NCBI GenBank assembly: GCA_041891195.1
Contig: JASDVE010000013.1
Coordinates: 1-43,931, forward strand
DNA from: Myxococcota bacterium
GTDB lineage: Bacteria; Myxococcota_A; UBA9160; UBA4427
Reading direction: 5' to 3'
DNA length: 43,931 bases
Shown: in pieces, positions 23,985 to 32,828 of the stretch
Position numbering within the stretch: the stretch's first letter is position 1
Layout of the letters: every line of letters starts with the position of its first letter
Notes under the pieces: generated by a model
The model's input: the letters and a program-made list of their open reading frames with translations, nothing else
Told to the model about the DNA's origin: nothing
Databases searched by the model: none
Translations under genes and position numbers: made by a program

Positions 23985-24745
23985 GCGATTTTACTCGAGC
24001 TGAACAATGTGCTGTCGCGATCGCCGAATGCTTTCGCGGTGACGGCGAAATTCTAGTTAGCCCCATCGGGAACATCCCGCAGCTTGGCGCGCGCTTGGCG
24101 AAGCTGACCTTCGAGCCCGACCTGTTGCTGACCGACGGCGTGGCTTCGATCGTCGACACCTGCCAGCCGATCGGAGGTGCACCGGGTGGCCCCGAGCCGG
24201 TCGTCGAAAGTTGGATGCCATACCGCACCATCTTCGAAAACCTGTCCTCTGGCAGACGTCACGTGATGATGGGCGCGACCCAGATTGATCGCTTCGGCAA
24301 CCAAAACATCGCGTGCATTGGCGACTTCAAGAAACCCAAGGCACAGCTCTTGGGGATGCGCGGCGCACCGGGAAATACGATCAACCACACGACGAGCTAC
24401 TGGGTGCCGAACCACAGCCCCAAGGTCTTCGTGGAGCAAGTCGACGTGGTGTCGGGTGTTGGTTACGACCGCGCGGCCAAGCTCGGAGCTGAGGCGACGA
24501 AGTACCACGAAATTCGCCGCGTTATTTCGAACCTATGCGTCCTAGACTTCGGCGGCCCCGACCACGCCATGCGCCTTGTTTCTACCCACTCGGGCGTAAG
24601 CGTCGATGACGTGATTGCTGCAACGGGCTTCGAACTTGTGGTGGAAGACGTGGCTGAAACCCGCGCCCCCACGGCGGACGAAGTCGCCATTATGCGCGAA
24701 AAACTCGACCCGAACGGTGTCGGGTCCAAAGAAGTTCAAGGCTAA
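23981..24745 (+). CDS. ipdB: CoA-transferase family-I beta-type subunit, IpdB-like
   Basis: ATGA overlap with ipdA. Motifs: RAEQCAVAIAECFRGDGEILVSP, LLLTDGVA, RRHVMMGATQIDRFGNQNI, GMRGAPGNTINHTTSYWV, VISNLCVLDFGGPDHAMRLVSTHSGV. There is no SENG catalytic-glutamate motif anywhere in the protein. Confidence 0.7.
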   Translation: MSDFTRAEQCAVAIAECFRGDGEILVSPIGNIPQLGARLAKLTFEPDLLLTDGVASIVDTCQPIGGAPGGPEPVVESWMPYRTIFENLSSGRRHVMMGATQIDRFGNQNIACIGDFKKPKAQLLGMRGAPGNTINHTTSYWVPNHSPKVFVEQVDVVSGVGYDRAAKLGAEATKYHEIRRVISNLCVLDFGGPDHAMRLVSTHSGVSVDDVIAATGFELVVEDVAETRAPTADEVAIMREKLDPNGVGSKEVQG

Positions 24746-24773
24746 ACCGCACGCAACTCTAGGAGTCCCCCCT

Positions 24774-25829
24774 TTGTCCTCCGCTCTACACACCAAGATC
24801 TGCGATCTGTTGGGGATCCGCTATCCCATTATCCAGACGGGGATGGGTTGGGTTGCAACTCCCGAACTCGCCGCTGCTGCAAGCAACGCGGGCGCAATTG
24901 GTTTCCTTGCCGCTGCCACCATCCCGCCGCCCGAAGTCGAAGCTGAGATCCTTCGCGTCAAAGAGCTCACCGACAAACCTTTTGGCGTGAATTTCTTGAT
25001 GGACGCACCCGGCGCAGACGTGATCAGCGAAGCGATCATTCGCCAGGGTGTGAAGGCCGCGGGTTATAACCGCGCACCAAGCGCCGACTTGATTAACAAG
25101 TTGAAGGACGCAGGTGTTGTTTGTGTGCCGACCACGGGTGCTGTGAAGCACGTGCAGAAGGCTGAACAACTCGGTGCCGACATCATAATCGTGCAGGGTG
25201 GAGAAGGCGGCGGTCATACAGGACCTGTTCCCACTTCGATCTTGTTGCCCGCCTCGGCTGCGGCGGTTGACGTTCCGGTTGTTGGCGCGGGTGGTTTCAA
25301 AGACGGCAGAGGTTTGGTTGCCGCGCTCGCATACGGGGCCGCTGGCATCGCGATGGGAACACGCTTTGTTTTGACAAAAGAAAGTCCCGTTCCAAAGGCA
25401 AGCACCGACCGATTCCTGGCGGCCAATGTTGCAGACGTTGTTGTCACATCACAAATCGACGGGATGCCCCAGCGTGTCGTGATGAACGAACTCGTGAAGC
25501 GCCTCGAAAGTTCATCGGCACCGGAACGCTTGCTTTTGGCCATCAGAAACGGTCTCGAATTTCGCAAAACAAGCGGAGCATCGATCGCAGACCTCGCGAG
25601 CTCCGCGCTCAAGATGCGCAGCAACCAACGCCTCACCAACGCTCAAACCATGATGGCCGCCAACGCACCGATGCTCGCGAAGAAGGGCATGGAGGAAGGA
25701 GACCCGGTTAACGGTTACTTGCCCGGCGGCAGTATTGCGGGCGTGATCGACGACATCCCGAGCTGCGAAGAGCTCGTACAACAAATCATGAGCGAAGCAG
25801 AAGCAACCATCAAAGCGCTCAGCAACTAG
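24774..25829 (+). CDS. Nitronate-monooxygenase-family FMN enzyme (IpdC-like acyl-CoA enoyl reductase)
   Basis: In-frame TTG 24774 within ORF 24615-25829, with AGGAG 8 nt upstream. Motifs: IRYPIIQTGMGWVATPELAAAASNAGAIGFL, IIIVQGGEGGGHTG. Length is 351 aa. Confidence 0.75.
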   Translation: MSSALHTKICDLLGIRYPIIQTGMGWVATPELAAAASNAGAIGFLAAATIPPPEVEAEILRVKELTDKPFGVNFLMDAPGADVISEAIIRQGVKAAGYNRAPSADLINKLKDAGVVCVPTTGAVKHVQKAEQLGADIIIVQGGEGGGHTGPVPTSILLPASAAAVDVPVVGAGGFKDGRGLVAALAYGAAGIAMGTRFVLTKESPVPKASTDRFLAANVADVVVTSQIDGMPQRVVMNELVKRLESSSAPERLLLAIRNGLEFRKTSGASIADLASSALKMRSNQRLTNAQTMMAANAPMLAKKGMEEGDPVNGYLPGGSIAGVIDDIPSCEELVQQIMSEAEATIKALSN

Positions 25830-25846
25830 ATCGAGGCAGAAGCAAA

Positions 25847-26605
25847 ATGGCAATCGACATCGAAATCAGCGACGGCATTGGCGAGGTCGTGATTAACAAC
25901 CCGCCCGTGAACGCGCTCGGAAGCAAAGCGTGGTTTGAGTTCGCGGACGGCGTGAAGAAGCTTGGCGAGAACCCGGATGTCAACTGCGTGGTCATTCGCG
26001 CCGAAGGCAAGGGGTTTCAAGCGGGAGTCGACATCAAAGAACTTGCGGAAGACGGCAACAAGATTTTGCAGGTGAACCGTGGCTGCTATGAGACGTTTGG
26101 GAACATCTATGATTGCCCGATCCCGGTGATCTCGGCTGTGCATGGTTATTGTCTGGGTGGTGGCATTGGCATCTCGGGTGCCTCCGACATCGTGATCGCG
26201 TCGGAGTGCGCAACGTTTTCGCTTCCCGAAATCGACCGAGGAGCACTCGGCGCTGCAACGCACTTGATGCGCTTGTTTGGGATGCAAAAAACGCGACGCA
26301 TGCTCTACACCGGCGAAGCCATCGACGCACAAGAAGCGTTGCGCCTCGGTGGGATCGAGAGTGTCGTCCCGAAGGCGAAGTTGCGCGACGAAGCCATGAA
26401 CCTTGCGCGCATCATTGCGGACAAATCGCCCAAGGCACTGCGGCTCGCCAAGTGGTCCCTCAACGGGATCGAGCTGCTCGACCCCAAGCAAAGTTACAAG
26501 TTCGAGCAGGGGTTCACCCTCGAACTCTACATGTCCCCCGACTCCCAAGAAGCGCGCGACGCCTTCGTGGAAAAGCGCGACGCCACTTTTAACGACAAAA
26601 GCTAA
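25847..26605 (+). CDS. Enoyl-CoA hydratase/isomerase (crotonase) family protein, EchA20-like by context
   Basis: 252 aa. Motifs: VVINNPPVNAL, RAEGKGFQAGVDIKE, VHGYCLGGGIGI. Confidence 0.8.
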   Translation: MAIDIEISDGIGEVVINNPPVNALGSKAWFEFADGVKKLGENPDVNCVVIRAEGKGFQAGVDIKELAEDGNKILQVNRGCYETFGNIYDCPIPVISAVHGYCLGGGIGISGASDIVIASECATFSLPEIDRGALGAATHLMRLFGMQKTRRMLYTGEAIDAQEALRLGGIESVVPKAKLRDEAMNLARIIADKSPKALRLAKWSLNGIELLDPKQSYKFEQGFTLELYMSPDSQEARDAFVEKRDATFNDKS

Positions 26606-26649
26606 GTCAACGACAACAACCTGGTCGAGCCGAAGCGAGCAAATAGAAG

Positions 26650-27819
26650 ATGGATCTGAACTTTACGACTGAACACGATGCCTTTCGCGACGAAGCGCGC
26701 AAATGGCTGGAAAGCAACGTCCCCTCGGAGCCGTTGAAGTCTTTCGATTCGAAAGAAGGCTTCGAAGAGCACCGCGAGTGGGAGCTAAAACTGAAAGCGG
26801 GTGGCTGGGCCATGGTGCCCTGGCCGGTCGAATACGGCGGTCGCGGCGCAGACTTGCTCGAATGGTTGATCTTCGAAGAAGAGTACTACCGCGCCGGCGC
26901 GCCGGGTCGCGTGAACCAGAACGGCATCTTCCTCCTCGGCCCGACCATCATGGAATTCGGCACCGACGAACAACGCGCGCGCTTCTTGCCCAAGATGGCG
27001 TCGAGCGAAGAAGTTTGGGCGCAGGGTTGGTCCGAGCCGAACGCGGGTTCCGACATGGCGAACATCCAAGCCACTGCGATCCTCGACGGCGACGAGTATG
27101 TGATCAACGGACAGAAGACCTGGGCATCGCGCGGCGCGTATGCACATTGGCTCTTCGGCATGTTTCGCACCGACCCCGACTCGAAGCGACACAACGGCTT
27201 GACCTTCATCTTGTGTCCTCTCGATGCGCCGGGCGTCACCGTGCGACCGATTGAAAAGCTCAGTGGCAAGGCGGCGTTCGCCGAAGTCTTCTTCGACAAT
27301 GCGAGGGTCAAAGCAGAGAACCGACTCGGTCCGGTCAATGAAGGCTGGAGCGTCGCGATGGCGACCGCGGGTTTCGAGCGCGGCTTGATGCTTCGCAGCC
27401 CAGCGCGTTTTCAAAACACAGCGCAAAAGTTGGTCCGACTGTTTCGCGAAACCGAAGCCAGTGGCGAGTTCATCGACCCGTCGGTGCGCGACGCGGTGGC
27501 ACGCTGTTGGATGGACGCCGAGGCCTACACGCTCAACACCTATCAAACCGTCTCGCGGCTTTTGACCGGCGGCAAGATCGGTGCTGAGGCGAGTTTGAAT
27601 AAAATTTTCTGGTCCGAACTGGACATCAAGATGCACGAACTCGCACTTGAGTTGCTCGGCGCCCGCGGTGAACTGCTGCCGGGTGCACCAGGCGCAAAGG
27701 GTGTGTCGGACTGGCTCGACGGTTACATCTTCGCGCTCGCGGGCCCTATCTATGCGGGCACAAACGAAGTGCAACGCAACATCATCGCCGAACGCATCCT
27801 TGGCCTTCCAAGGAAGTAG
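26650..27819 (+). CDS. Acyl-CoA dehydrogenase (389 aa; long FadE29/ChsE2-like type)
   Basis: Motifs: GWSEPNAGSDMANIQATA, INGQKTWASRGAYAHW, C-terminal PIYAGTNEVQRNIIAERILGLPRK. Ala occupies the MCAD Glu376-equivalent position by eye alignment. Confidence 0.8.
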   Translation: MDLNFTTEHDAFRDEARKWLESNVPSEPLKSFDSKEGFEEHREWELKLKAGGWAMVPWPVEYGGRGADLLEWLIFEEEYYRAGAPGRVNQNGIFLLGPTIMEFGTDEQRARFLPKMASSEEVWAQGWSEPNAGSDMANIQATAILDGDEYVINGQKTWASRGAYAHWLFGMFRTDPDSKRHNGLTFILCPLDAPGVTVRPIEKLSGKAAFAEVFFDNARVKAENRLGPVNEGWSVAMATAGFERGLMLRSPARFQNTAQKLVRLFRETEASGEFIDPSVRDAVARCWMDAEAYTLNTYQTVSRLLTGGKIGAEASLNKIFWSELDIKMHELALELLGARGELLPGAPGAKGVSDWLDGYIFALAGPIYAGTNEVQRNIIAERILGLPRK

Positions 27820-27828
27820 GAAAGAATC

Positions 27829-28890
27829 ATGGAATTCGTATTCACAGAAGATCAACTCTTGTTGCAGCAAACCGTGCGCGACTTCTTGGACGGCGAGTGC
27901 GCGGTAGAACACGTGCGCGCCATGTGGGACACCGAGACGGGTCGTAGCCCTGAGTTTTGGGGCAAGCTCGCCGAGATCGGAATCCTGGGACTCTTGGTGC
28001 CAGAAGAACACGACGGCCTCGGGATGAACGAAGTCGACATGGTGCTGGTGCTCGAAGAGACGGGCCGCGCTGGAACCGCAGAGCCGGTGATCCACACCGC
28101 GTTCGTCGGGGTGCCGCTGCTTGCGGAAAGTGGCGCCGATGCCATCGCAAAAGAATGGCTCCCCAAGGTTGCAGCCGGCGAGGCGATCCTTGCGGTGGGG
28201 CATGAGCAGAGTCCTTTCGTGAGTGACGCCCACATCGCTGACCTCTTGCTGCTTTCTTCGGGTGATGCGGTACATGCCGTGCCGGCCGCGGATGTTCAAG
28301 TGACGCCTCAAGCCGCGAACGATCCCGCCAAGAAGATCGCAAGCGTTGAATGGACCCCGAATGCGAGGACCTTGCTCGCCGATGGCGATGCGGGTCGCAC
28401 ATTGCAGGCCGCTGCGTTTGATCGCGGTGTTCTCGGAGCCGCCGCACAACTTCTCGGCGTGGGTCAGCAGTTGATCGAGATGGCGGTCCTCTACGCAACC
28501 CAGCGAAAGCAATTTGGCGTTCCGATCGGTTCCTTCCAGGCTGTGAAGCATATGCTCGCCAATGAGAAGGTGAAGGTCGAATACGCGCGCTCGTTGGTGT
28601 ATCGCGCAGCAGACTCCGTTGCTTGCAACCGCCCAAGTCGCGCGGTTGACGTATCGATGGCGAAGATCGCAACCAGCGAAGCCGCAGTCGCAACAGCGAA
28701 GACTGCGCTGCAGGTCCATGGCGCGCTTGGATACACGTGGGAGCAGGACCTCCACGTTTGGATGCGCCGCGCTTGGTCGCTCGACGCTTCCTGGGGATCG
28801 CTCCCTTACCACCGTGCACGTCTTGCGGATGCAGTGATCGACGCAAACGCACCCGCGATCAGCTTTGGATACAGCGCACCTGCGGCATGA
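27829..28890 (+). CDS. Acyl-CoA dehydrogenase-fold protein (353 aa; short FadE28/ChsE1-like type)
   Basis: Starts 9 nt after the preceding ACAD. Motifs: MEFVFTEDQLLLQQTVRDFL, RKQFGVPIGSFQAVKHMLA, LQVHGALGYTWEQDLHVWMRRAW. It lacks the IYxGTxExQ tail. Confidence 0.75.
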   Translation: MEFVFTEDQLLLQQTVRDFLDGECAVEHVRAMWDTETGRSPEFWGKLAEIGILGLLVPEEHDGLGMNEVDMVLVLEETGRAGTAEPVIHTAFVGVPLLAESGADAIAKEWLPKVAAGEAILAVGHEQSPFVSDAHIADLLLLSSGDAVHAVPAADVQVTPQAANDPAKKIASVEWTPNARTLLADGDAGRTLQAAAFDRGVLGAAAQLLGVGQQLIEMAVLYATQRKQFGVPIGSFQAVKHMLANEKVKVEYARSLVYRAADSVACNRPSRAVDVSMAKIATSEAAVATAKTALQVHGALGYTWEQDLHVWMRRAWSLDASWGSLPYHRARLADAVIDANAPAISFGYSAPAA

Positions 28891-28956
28891 GCCGCGTGTT
28901 GCTGGTGGACGAATAAAAACAGCACGACGTAACGAAGAGAACGACGAGGAAAAGAA

Positions 28957-29388
28957 ATGTCCGAGACGCAAGTTCCCGCGATTGAAGGTTGGTTCACTGA
29001 CGGCCCCGAGCCGCAGTTGCTGGGCAGCAAATGCACCCAGTGCAGCACGTACTTCTTCCCCAAAGAATCGACCTACTGCCGCAACCCCGGTTGCCAGTCA
29101 TCCGAATTCGAAGAAGTGCCCCTAAGCCGTGTTGGCACGATCTGGTCCTACGCCGAACACCATTACAAGCCGCCGGCACCGTACATCGCCGACGATCCCT
29201 TTGTGCCCTACACGATTGCCGCGGTTGAACTCGCGGAAGAAAAGCTCGTGGTCCTCGGGCAAATGGCCGCTGGCGTAAAGCACGCGGACCTCAAGGCTGG
29301 CATGCAAGTCGAGTTGGTTGTCGAGCGGATCTACGACGTCGACGACGTCGAACACACGATCTGGAAGTGGAAGCCCCTCGCGGCCTAA
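28957..29388 (+). CDS. DUF35 Zn-ribbon/OB-fold protein (BbsA/ChsH2-C-terminal-domain-like thiolase partner)
   Basis: 143 aa. Four-Cys ribbon CTQCSTYFFP...CRNPGC, followed by an OB-fold segment (GTIWSYAEHHY...YTIAAVEL). Confidence 0.8.
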   Translation: MSETQVPAIEGWFTDGPEPQLLGSKCTQCSTYFFPKESTYCRNPGCQSSEFEEVPLSRVGTIWSYAEHHYKPPAPYIADDPFVPYTIAAVELAEEKLVVLGQMAAGVKHADLKAGMQVELVVERIYDVDDVEHTIWKWKPLAA

Positions 29389-29466
29389 GCGGCAAAACCC
29401 AATCAAGCGCACTCGAAACGAATTGACGATGCGGCAAAGCCGCAACGAAACGCAAGGAGACAGACG

Positions 29467-30654
29467 ATGAGCAAAGACGTAGCCGTACTGGGTGTTGGCA
29501 TGCATCCCTGGGGCAAGTGGGGAAAAAATTTCGTCGAATACGGAATCACCGCATGCAACGCTGCACTCAAAGACGCGGGGATCGAGTGGCAGGACGTTGA
29601 CTTCGTTTCCGGCGCCGAGACCGTCCGCAATGGTTACCCGGGTTACGTCGCTGGCGCGACCTTCGCCCAAGCCATGGGTTGGTCGGGTGCTCACGTCGCA
29701 ACTTCGTATGCCGCATGTGCTTCGGGTGCTACCGGGATCAACGCCGCTCGCGCCCGCATCCTTGCCGGCATGAGTGACGTCGCCTTGGTGATCGGTGCTG
29801 ACACGACTCCGAAGGGTTTCCTTGCTCCGAATGCAGGTGAGCGCTGGGACGATCCGGATTGGCTTCGCTTTCGCTTGATGGGCTGCACGAACCCCACGTA
29901 CTTCGCTCTCTACGCGCGACGTCGCATGGACATCTATGGCGCAACCGAAGAAGACTTCGCCCAGGTGAAGGTGAAGAATTCGCGCCACGGCTTCACGAAC
30001 CCGAACGCGCGCTACAAAAAGAAGTTCACCATGGAAGAAGTGTTGGCTTCGAACATGGTCGCCGACCCACTGCGATTATTCGAAATCTGCGCAACGAGTG
30101 ATGGCGCCGCATGCGTTGTCCTCACCAGCATGGACTACGCGCGCAAGCACTCACTCAAGCCCGTTCGAGTTTCGGGTGTGTCGACGGTGACGCCCAAGTT
30201 TCCGAGCACAGTAATCGAGATGCCCAACATCTCGACAGACTCGGCATACAGCGTCCCGGTACCCGACACGGAGTTCCGCGATTCGATCGCAGCCGCGGCC
30301 TACGAAGAAGCAGGCGTCGGTCCCGAGGACATGTCGCTCGCCGAGGTGTACGACCTCTCTTCGGCACTCGAACTCGATTGGTACGAAAACATCGGCCTGT
30401 GCAAGCCGGGCGAAGCCGAAAAACTATTGCGCGACGGCGACACGACCTTGGGGGGGCGCATTCCCGTCAACCCGAGTGGGGGGCTCGCGTGCTTCGGCGA
30501 AGCTGTCCCCGCGCAGGCAATCGCACAGGTTTGTGAATTGACCTGGCAGCTTCGCGGCGAAGCCGGAGACCGACAGGTCCAAGGGGCGAAGGCGGGCATC
30601 ACCGCGAACCAAGGTCTCTTCGGCCATGGCTCCTCGGTGCTCTGCACCATCTAA
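29467..30654 (+). CDS. SCP-x/Ltp-type thiolase-superfamily protein (lipid-transfer-protein-like)
   Basis: 395 aa. Motifs: VAVLGVGMHPWGKW, SYAACASGATGINAA (nucleophile-position Cys retained), NPSGGLACFGEAVPAQA. Confidence 0.8.
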   Translation: MSKDVAVLGVGMHPWGKWGKNFVEYGITACNAALKDAGIEWQDVDFVSGAETVRNGYPGYVAGATFAQAMGWSGAHVATSYAACASGATGINAARARILAGMSDVALVIGADTTPKGFLAPNAGERWDDPDWLRFRLMGCTNPTYFALYARRRMDIYGATEEDFAQVKVKNSRHGFTNPNARYKKKFTMEEVLASNMVADPLRLFEICATSDGAACVVLTSMDYARKHSLKPVRVSGVSTVTPKFPSTVIEMPNISTDSAYSVPVPDTEFRDSIAAAAYEEAGVGPEDMSLAEVYDLSSALELDWYENIGLCKPGEAEKLLRDGDTTLGGRIPVNPSGGLACFGEAVPAQAIAQVCELTWQLRGEAGDRQVQGAKAGITANQGLFGHGSSVLCTI

Positions 30655-30727
30655 TCATTGAGGCGCAAGCACGCCTCACACGCATCGCTGTTCGTATTCG
30701 CAGCAACGAAACAAAGGAATCATCACC

Positions 30728-31876
30728 ATGGCAGAGGCATACATCGTCGACGCAATCCGCACCCCGGTTGGCAAAAAGAAGGGAAGCCTCGCGGCTGAAC
30801 ACCCCGCCGACCTCGGCGCTCATTCGCTCAAACATTTGATGAGCCGGACCGACATCGACCCCGCCGCCGTCGAAGACGTGGTCTTTGGCTGCGTGGACAC
30901 GATCGGCCCGCAAGCTGGCGACATTGCGCGCACGTGCTGGTTGGCCGCAGGTCTGCCAGAAGAAGTTCCCGGCACCACCATCGACCGTCAGTGCGGCTCG
31001 TCCCAGCAGGCAGTTCACTTTGCTGCGCAGGGTGTGATGAGTGGCACCCAGGACATCGTGGTTGCCGGCGGCGTGCAGGCCATGAACCTGATCCCGATTT
31101 CTTCGGCGATGACGTGCGCCGAAGGTCTTGGCTTCACCGATCCCTTCTCGACAAGTAAGGGTTGGGTGGAGCGGTACGGCAGCGTCGAAGTCTCCCAGTT
31201 TAATTCCGCAGAAATGATCGCGGAAAAGTGGGAGATCACCCGCGAAGACATGGAAGCGTTTGCACTCGAAAGTAATCGCCGGGCTCTCGCCGCAACCGCC
31301 GAAGGGCGTTTCAAGCGCGAGATCGTTCCGTATGGAGACATGGATACCGACGAGCCGCCGCGCGAGTCGTCCCTTGAAAAAATGGCTTCGCTGCGGACGT
31401 TGGTCGAAGGCGGTCGTTTGACTGCGGCTGTTTCGAGTCAAATCGCGGATGCGTCGGCCGCCATGCTGATCGTTTCCGAAAAGGCTCTCAAAGAGCACAA
31501 TCTCACGCCCCGTGCCCGTATTCATCACATGAGTGTTCGCGGTGCAGATCCGGTATGGATGCTCACCGCACCCATCCCGGCCACCGAGTACGCGATGAAG
31601 AAGAGCGGCATGAGCTTGTCGGACATTGACCTCGTCGAGATCAACGAAGCGTTTGCTTCGGTCGTACTCGCATGGCAGAAGGAAACAGGTGCGGACCTCG
31701 CCAAGGTCAACGTCAACGGCGGCGCGATCGCACTCGGTCACCCACTGGGTGCAACCGGTGTGCGTCTGATGACCACCATGCTGCACGAACTCGAGCGCAC
31801 TGAAGGCCGCTACGGCCTGCAGACAATGTGCGAAGGCGGCGGCCAGGCGAACGTCACCATCATCGAACGACTCTAG
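30728..31876 (+). CDS. Acetyl-CoA C-acyltransferase (degradative thiolase, FadA5/FadA6-like)
   Basis: 382 aa. Motifs: AYIVDAIRTPVGKKKG, TIDRQCGSSQQAV (nucleophilic Cys), NGGAIALGHPLGATG, MCEGGGQA. Confidence 0.85.
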   Translation: MAEAYIVDAIRTPVGKKKGSLAAEHPADLGAHSLKHLMSRTDIDPAAVEDVVFGCVDTIGPQAGDIARTCWLAAGLPEEVPGTTIDRQCGSSQQAVHFAAQGVMSGTQDIVVAGGVQAMNLIPISSAMTCAEGLGFTDPFSTSKGWVERYGSVEVSQFNSAEMIAEKWEITREDMEAFALESNRRALAATAEGRFKREIVPYGDMDTDEPPRESSLEKMASLRTLVEGGRLTAAVSSQIADASAAMLIVSEKALKEHNLTPRARIHHMSVRGADPVWMLTAPIPATEYAMKKSGMSLSDIDLVEINEAFASVVLAWQKETGADLAKVNVNGGAIALGHPLGATGVRLMTTMLHELERTEGRYGLQTMCEGGGQANVTIIERL

Positions 31877-31922
31877 TAATCAATAGAAAGACAAGCCGCT
31901 TACGAACGGAGAAGGAAACGAG

Positions 31923-32828
31923 ATGAGTAAGATCTGTCAGGACCGAGTTGTCATCGTGACGGGCGCAGGTCGCGGCATTGGCCGCGCGCACGCCCTCGAA
32001 TTTGCGCGCCAAGGCGCGAAGGTCGTTGTGAACGACCTCGGCGCAGAGGCCGACGGCGTGGGAAGTTCCGCCGGGCCGGCCAACGAAGTCGCTGATGAAA
32101 TTCGCGCAATGGGGGGCGAAGCCATTGTGAATGGTGCCGATGTTGCAGACTTCGAAGCCTCTCGCGAACTCGTAAAGAGCGCAGTCGACACCTTTGGCCG
32201 CCTCGACGTGGTGGTAAACAATGCAGGCTTCTTGCGCGATCGCATGTTCCTCAAGATCTCCGAAGACGAATGGGATGCCGTCATCAACGTGCACCTCAAA
32301 GGGCACTTCTGCACCAGCCGTCATGCCGCCGAGTACTGGCGCAACGAAAGCAAGGCTGGCAACCCGGTGGACGGTCGCATCATCAACACGAGTTCGGGCG
32401 CCGGACTCCAAGGCAGCGTCGGGCAGGGAACGTATTCGGCCGCGAAGGGTGGCATTGCGACGCTGACCCTCGTGCAGGCCGCAGAGCTTGGCCGCTACGG
32501 CGTTACCGCCAACGCGATTGCACCCGCGGCACGTACGCGCATGACCGAAGCGATCTTCACCGACATGAAGGCGCCCGAAGCCGGCGAGTTCGACGAGAAC
32601 GCGCCCGAAAACATTTCACCCTTGGTTGTTTGGCTGGGGAGTTCCGAATCGCGTGACGTGACGGGGCGAGTCTTCGAAGTGAAGGGTGGCATCATCGGCA
32701 CGTCCGACGGCTACCGCGACGGCCCGATCGTCGACAAAGGCAGTCGTTGGGAGCCCGACGAAGTTGGCGCTGCCGTCTCCGAAGTCATCGCCAAGTCTCC
32801 CGTCCCGCAAAAGGTGTTCGGTACCTGA
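31923..32828 (+). CDS. Short-chain dehydrogenase, MFE-2/Hsd4A-like (3R)-hydroxyacyl-CoA dehydrogenase
   Basis: Motifs: VVIVTGAGRGIGRAHALEFARQGAKVVVNDLG, NNAGFLRDRMF, YSAAKGG. 301 aa. From memory it parallels the N-terminal domain of Hsd4A / 17-beta-HSD4. Confidence 0.75.
   Translation: MSKICQDRVVIVTGAGRGIGRAHALEFARQGAKVVVNDLGAEADGVGSSAGPANEVADEIRAMGGEAIVNGADVADFEASRELVKSAVDTFGRLDVVVNNAGFLRDRMFLKISEDEWDAVINVHLKGHFCTSRHAAEYWRNESKAGNPVDGRIINTSSGAGLQGSVGQGTYSAAKGGIATLTLVQAAELGRYGVTANAIAPAARTRMTEAIFTDMKAPEAGEFDENAPENISPLVVWLGSSESRDVTGRVFEVKGGIIGTSDGYRDGPIVDKGSRWEPDEVGAAVSEVIAKSPVPQKVFGT

Noticed and set aside
26785-28971. A 728-aa stop-free ORF on the minus strand spanning both adjacent ACAD genes.
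   Set aside because: It is the codon-aligned antisense frame of two genes that share one reading frame (both start at coordinates with mod 3 = 1). Its stop codons would require the rare sense codons TTA, CTA or TCA, so a long open shadow frame is expected. The product is Arg/His/Gly-rich and not protein-like.
30599-31786. A 395-aa minus-strand ORF opposite the degradative thiolase.
   Set aside because: It is a shadow ORF of a gene with clear thiolase motifs. Its composition is Arg/His-rich and it has no motifs.
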